From the human T2T-CHM13v2.0 reference genome, Homo sapiens: a stretch of DNA of 64,000 bases. The translations under genes were made by a program, and so were the position numbers. Positions 54,106 to 64,000 of this stretch are shown piece by piece; positions within the stretch are counted from its first letter, which is position 1; each line of letters begins with the position of its first letter. Under the pieces are notes generated by a model. It saw only the letters and a list, made by a program, of their open reading frames with translations. It was not told where the DNA came from and searched no databases. Location of the stretch: assembly GCF_009914755.1 (NCBI RefSeq), contig NC_060926.1. One strand, written 5' to 3'.

Positions 54106-54281
54106 TTTAGGCTGTCCATTTGTTTGGAAGTTAATTTATTTCCCCATCTGGTATAAGGAAAGAAGTTCATTTCACTGAGTGCAGGGAGTAGGTAATTTTC
54201 TTGAAAAAGTACATAGTGTCCTAAATTGGTAGGGTAAGAGCAGTATCTAAAAGAACTAACATAACTTTAAGATTATTTTAG

Positions 54282-55938
<1,657 letters not shown>

Positions 55939-56046
55939 GTATGTGGGTTATTTCTGTCAGTGTTTATTACATTAGAAATTAAAACAAATAAAAAATGTAA
56001 TCCATTAAAAATGTAATAAGCCCTACTGTGTGTTAATAATTATAGC

Positions 56047-56340
<294 letters not shown>

Positions 56341-56532
56341 AATAATAGCATTTTTTATGAAAAATAATTATTTTCCAACAGCAAAAAAGTAGTCAGAAAA
56401 GTGTCATTGTTTTTGCATTTTTGTAAATCTTTTTAATGTCTCGCTTAATAGAACATAGCTAGATTCTCATTTACTTCCTCTTTCAGTCTGTAAAACTATT
56501 ACATGTCATGAAGCCTCTAGAAAACTCAGCTC

Positions 56533-57415
<883 letters not shown>

Positions 57416-57910
57416 GACAATTTATTTAATGCTGTAATGATCTATATAGTAAAAAGAGCAATTACTGTATTGATACTCAAATACCTGTCAATTATTTACT
57501 TATAATTTGGAAATGCTATGTCTAATTTGAGAAATTACAACTGTTAATTAAATAATGAAATTATATGATCAGGAAGAAACTACAAAATAGTCTCCCAACT
57601 TTATCCTGGTTTATTTTGAAATGTGCACCTATAATCACTAATCTTATATTTATCCTGTGATTGGAGGGCTGGAAATAACTGGGAATAAGACATCATTTGA
57701 GAGGTTAAGCATGAAGTATAGGAAGTATGCAGGATAAAAATAAGCATTAGATGATTCATAATTTATAACACGGGGAATAAGAATTATTCGAAGTTGAATG
57801 TGGAAGATGAAGCTTGAAATAAAATTTTTATTTTGTTTTGAATTAAATGAACCATGATTATTCACAGTGCAGTAAGTGTGTATCATCTGTTTGATATTTT
57901 CATATTACAG

Positions 57911-58106
57911 TTTTGATAGTGCTCTTCAGTCTGCGAAATCTTCTTTGGGTGGAAATGATGAACTGTCAGCTACTTTCTTAGAAATGAAAGGACATTTCTA
58001 CATGCATGCTGGTTCTCTGCTCTTGAAGATGGGTCAGCATGGTAATAATGTTCAATGGCGAGCTCTTTCTGAGCTGGCTGCATTGTGCTATCTCATAGCA
58101 TTTCAG
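57911..58106 (+). CDS. RGPD4: RGPD coding exon 7 (FDSALQSAKSSLGGNDELSATFLEMKG...CYLIAFQ); gene continues beyond the window
   Basis: Acceptor CAG at 57910; donor CAG|GTAAGT at 58107; 196 nt; exons 1-7 total 978 nt = 326 codons with no stop. Confidence 0.93.
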
Positions 58107-58559
58107 GTAAGTCTTCCACTTGGAGCAATTGACATTTCACGGAGTCTTGATGTGTTTTAAATGAAGGTGTGCTCTGGTATGTAATGACAATATGTGAACA
58201 AACCTGTGGAATTAAAGTTGAAATGAAATAGTCAATTTGATACAGTGGAAAATAACTAAGCATACACAATACTGGTGAGGCTGGTGAAACAGGGATGTTG
58301 AGTGCACTCTTGTCGAAAGCCTGCATTGCCATGATTTGTTTGTAGACAAATTTGAAGAGTTTGACCTTTTTACTCTGCCATTTTTGGGAACATGATAAAG
58401 ATGTAATCTCGTATGATGGGTAAACTTGATTCAAAAAGATGTGTTACTTGGACAAAATCCTAATAAGTAGATGTAGGGCAATGGCTTTATAGCCTATGAT
58501 AGAAGAATATGATTGCAGTTTAACATGTTAATTGAAACACATGTATATAACATTTATGA

Positions 58560-60980
<2,421 letters not shown>

Positions 60981-61526
60981 CTGTGAACTTTTAATCATAA
61001 TAAGTTAGTTTCCCTCTTAATCCATTCACTCAGGTCTCCTTTCCTAGATGACAGCTACTGTTAGGAGTTTCTTGGGTGTTCAGAAATATTTTTTGCATAT
61101 GCAAATGTGCAATACATTCTTTCTCTGCTTTTAAAAAATATTGTGCCTCAATGTGGGTGTGCTTTACCTATTGCCAGATGCCTTGCTTTTCTAAATGTTT
61201 CTTCATTGTTCCACTTCAGCACAGAGATACCTACCTCAGTCTTTATTAACTACCACATATTTCTGTAGAATGAATATATAATAGAAACATCTTAGATGCT
61301 TGTATTTTATTTTATCAGTTTATTTTAAAGCTTAATGATCAAATGATTATAAGCATAAAATGTAGGTTATGTGCTGGCATTTGGGTATGTAAGAATTGGC
61401 TAACTTTTATGGCAAGATTTTCAGACTCTTAATCAGAGGAATACTGTGGTTCTAGTAAGTACATCTGCATTGCAGCTAGGTAGTTGACAAAGTATCTTGA
61501 AACCTTTTAGTTAAGATGAGGAAATA

Positions 61527-61876
<350 letters not shown>

Positions 61877-63307
61877 TTAACTGGTCACAAATTCAACTGT
61901 TGAATAATTTTGTAAAAGAGGCCGGGTTTATGAATTGAGGTCAGTTTGAAAACAAAAAGAATGATGTCAACATTTTGTTTCTTATTTTGTGTGCTCTTTT
62001 CAACATATAGATGACAAACTTTGACATGATGTTTAGAAAACTTGTGAGTAAAAGGATAGGCGATACGAATATTTCTAAAATTCAAAATCAGAAGCTTTTA
62101 GGTTCATAAATCATATATTTTGAAAAATGAGCATATTTGGAAAGAATTATATATACATGGTTTAAAATTCTGGCGGCTCTTAAGAATATGCTATGAAGAC
62201 TCCTTTCTGTTCCCTAGTTATTTACTTTCTCCACCCCCAAAGAAACTAATGTTATTGCTTTCTTGTGTGTTCTTCAGGAAATGTTTTATGCATCTCCAAG
62301 TAAACACACATATATCCCCTGTCTTTAAAAGAAGGAGGAAAACGTTTGAACATTGCATTTACTTTATTTCCATTAACTGTATCTTGGAGATGTTTCCATG
62401 TCAGTATATATAAAGGGTATTCTCATTAGTTTGGATGCTTGCATATTATTCCATTGTATGGATGTACTGTAGTTTTGGAGTTTTTAAAACCAGGGTCCTA
62501 AAGCCAGGACATTAGCTTGCTTTTACTTTTTTTTTTAAATGCTACTTCAAGTAATTTAGCAATGATTAACTTGTGCCATGAATTCCTGAAAGAATTGCAG
62601 TATCAAAGTATATCTGTGCATTTATAATTTTTAGAGCTGTTGCCAAATATCTAACCCTAAAGAGGTTGTATCAAATTACATTTCCACCACCAATTAAGAA
62701 AGTGGTGATAGAATTAAAAGCCGATGCTCTAGTCACCCATATAGTTACTTTTGGCATGTTTCTAGTAAGTGGGCATTGCCTATGACTGGACGTTTTCAGT
62801 GATGGACATTCATTACTTTTCAAGATAGCCCAGTGCATCTTTAGGTGGTTTGGCTCTTGGTACTTCCTTATATAGAATAAAAATATTCTTCAAGCCTTCT
62901 ACCTGTTGGTCTTGTTTCTTCTTTTGATGATTTCTTTTATAAAATAATTTTAATATTTGAAGGCAGCTGTCACGTCTTCCCTTCGCCATTCTATTCATCA
63001 TGCTTTTTTTTTTTCATAGGTTATTGCATGAGGATCTCTTTAATTTCCTGGTTGTCCCATTTATTCCAGTGCTATCCCCTATTATCCATACTCTGAAAAT
63101 GTGTTATCTACAATGTGGCATTTCCAAGTGTCATTTCACCTGTACTTTTTAAAGTAGGGTGTCATATCTACTCAAATAGGACAACATCTGCTGTTGTCCT
63201 ATTTATGCAGGGTAGAAAAGTAATGTAATTAAATTTTCCATTTCTCTGAATGTAACATGAATGTGCTTTTAGTAGAAACTAATTTCTCAGAGCTGCTCTG
63301 TGTATGC

Positions 63308-63940
63308 TTTTTTTTTTTTTTTCTTTTGTTGGAGATAGGGTCTCACTCTGTCGCCCAAGCTGGAGCACAGTGGCATGATCATGGCTCACTGCAGCCTTGA
63401 CCTCCTGGATTTAAGTGATCCTCCTGCCTCAGCCTCCTGAGTAGCTGGGACCACAGGTGTGTGCCACCATGCCTGGCTAATTAAAAAAAACTTTTTTTAG
63501 AGATAGGGTCTCACCGTGTTGTTCAGGCTGGTCTTGAACTCTGGGCTCAAGTGATCCCCCCACCTTGGCCTCCCAAAGTGCTGGGATTACAGGTGTGAGC
63601 CAACATGTCTGGCCCCTCTCTTTTTTTTTTTTTTTTTTGCGATGGAGTCTCGCTCTTTCACCCAGGCCGGAGTGCAATGGCACAGTCTCGGCGCACTACA
63701 ACCTCTGCCTCCCAGGTTCAAGCTATCCTTGTGCCTCAGCCTCCCGTGTAGCTGGAATTAACAGGTGTGTGCCACCACGCCTGGCTCTTTGTTTTCTTTT
63801 TTTATTTTTAGTAGAGACTGGGTTTCACCATGTTGGCCAGGCTGGTCTCGAACTCCTGACCTCAAGTGATCAGCCCACCTTGGCCTCCCAGACAGAGTGT
63901 TGGGATTACAGGTGTGAGCCACCACGCCTGTACCTGGCCT
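63308..63940 (-). mobile_element. Tandem antisense AluJ and AluS
   Basis: Two dimers with T tails at ~63308 and ~63621. Confidence 0.88.
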
Positions 63941-64000
63941 ATCTTTCATAGGTTATATAAATTCCTTGGTTCCCAGTTTTTGCAGTCTTTTCCAATTCAG

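Overview
Primate (human-like) genomic DNA. The right 28 kb holds the CpG-island promoter and coding exons 1-7 (326 codons, intact frame, all GT-AG) of an RGPD gene, a RANBP2/Nup358-derived segmental duplicate. The N-terminus [24 protein letters not shown] points to RGPD4 or its near-identical paralogue RGPD3. Intron 1 opens with a 2.6-kb, 27-unit, 90-bp GC-rich minisatellite, and the introns are Alu-dense. The left 36 kb is repeat-derived intergenic DNA (L1, MaLR/ERV LTRs, L2, MIR, Alu) with no credible protein-coding gene. The most unusual observations are: (1) two inverted L1PA fragments 23 kb apart share the same private deletion-plus-filler junction; (2) an antisense 5S rRNA fragment and an Alu sit fused inside one target-site duplication; (3) the intron-1 minisatellite has a hairpin in each unit, nested sub-repeats and long open frames; (4) a four-Alu nest contains a captured ~330-bp non-Alu insert. 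Repeat subfamily calls and comparisons to RANBP2, L1 and 5S are from recalled consensus sequences, not from database searches.
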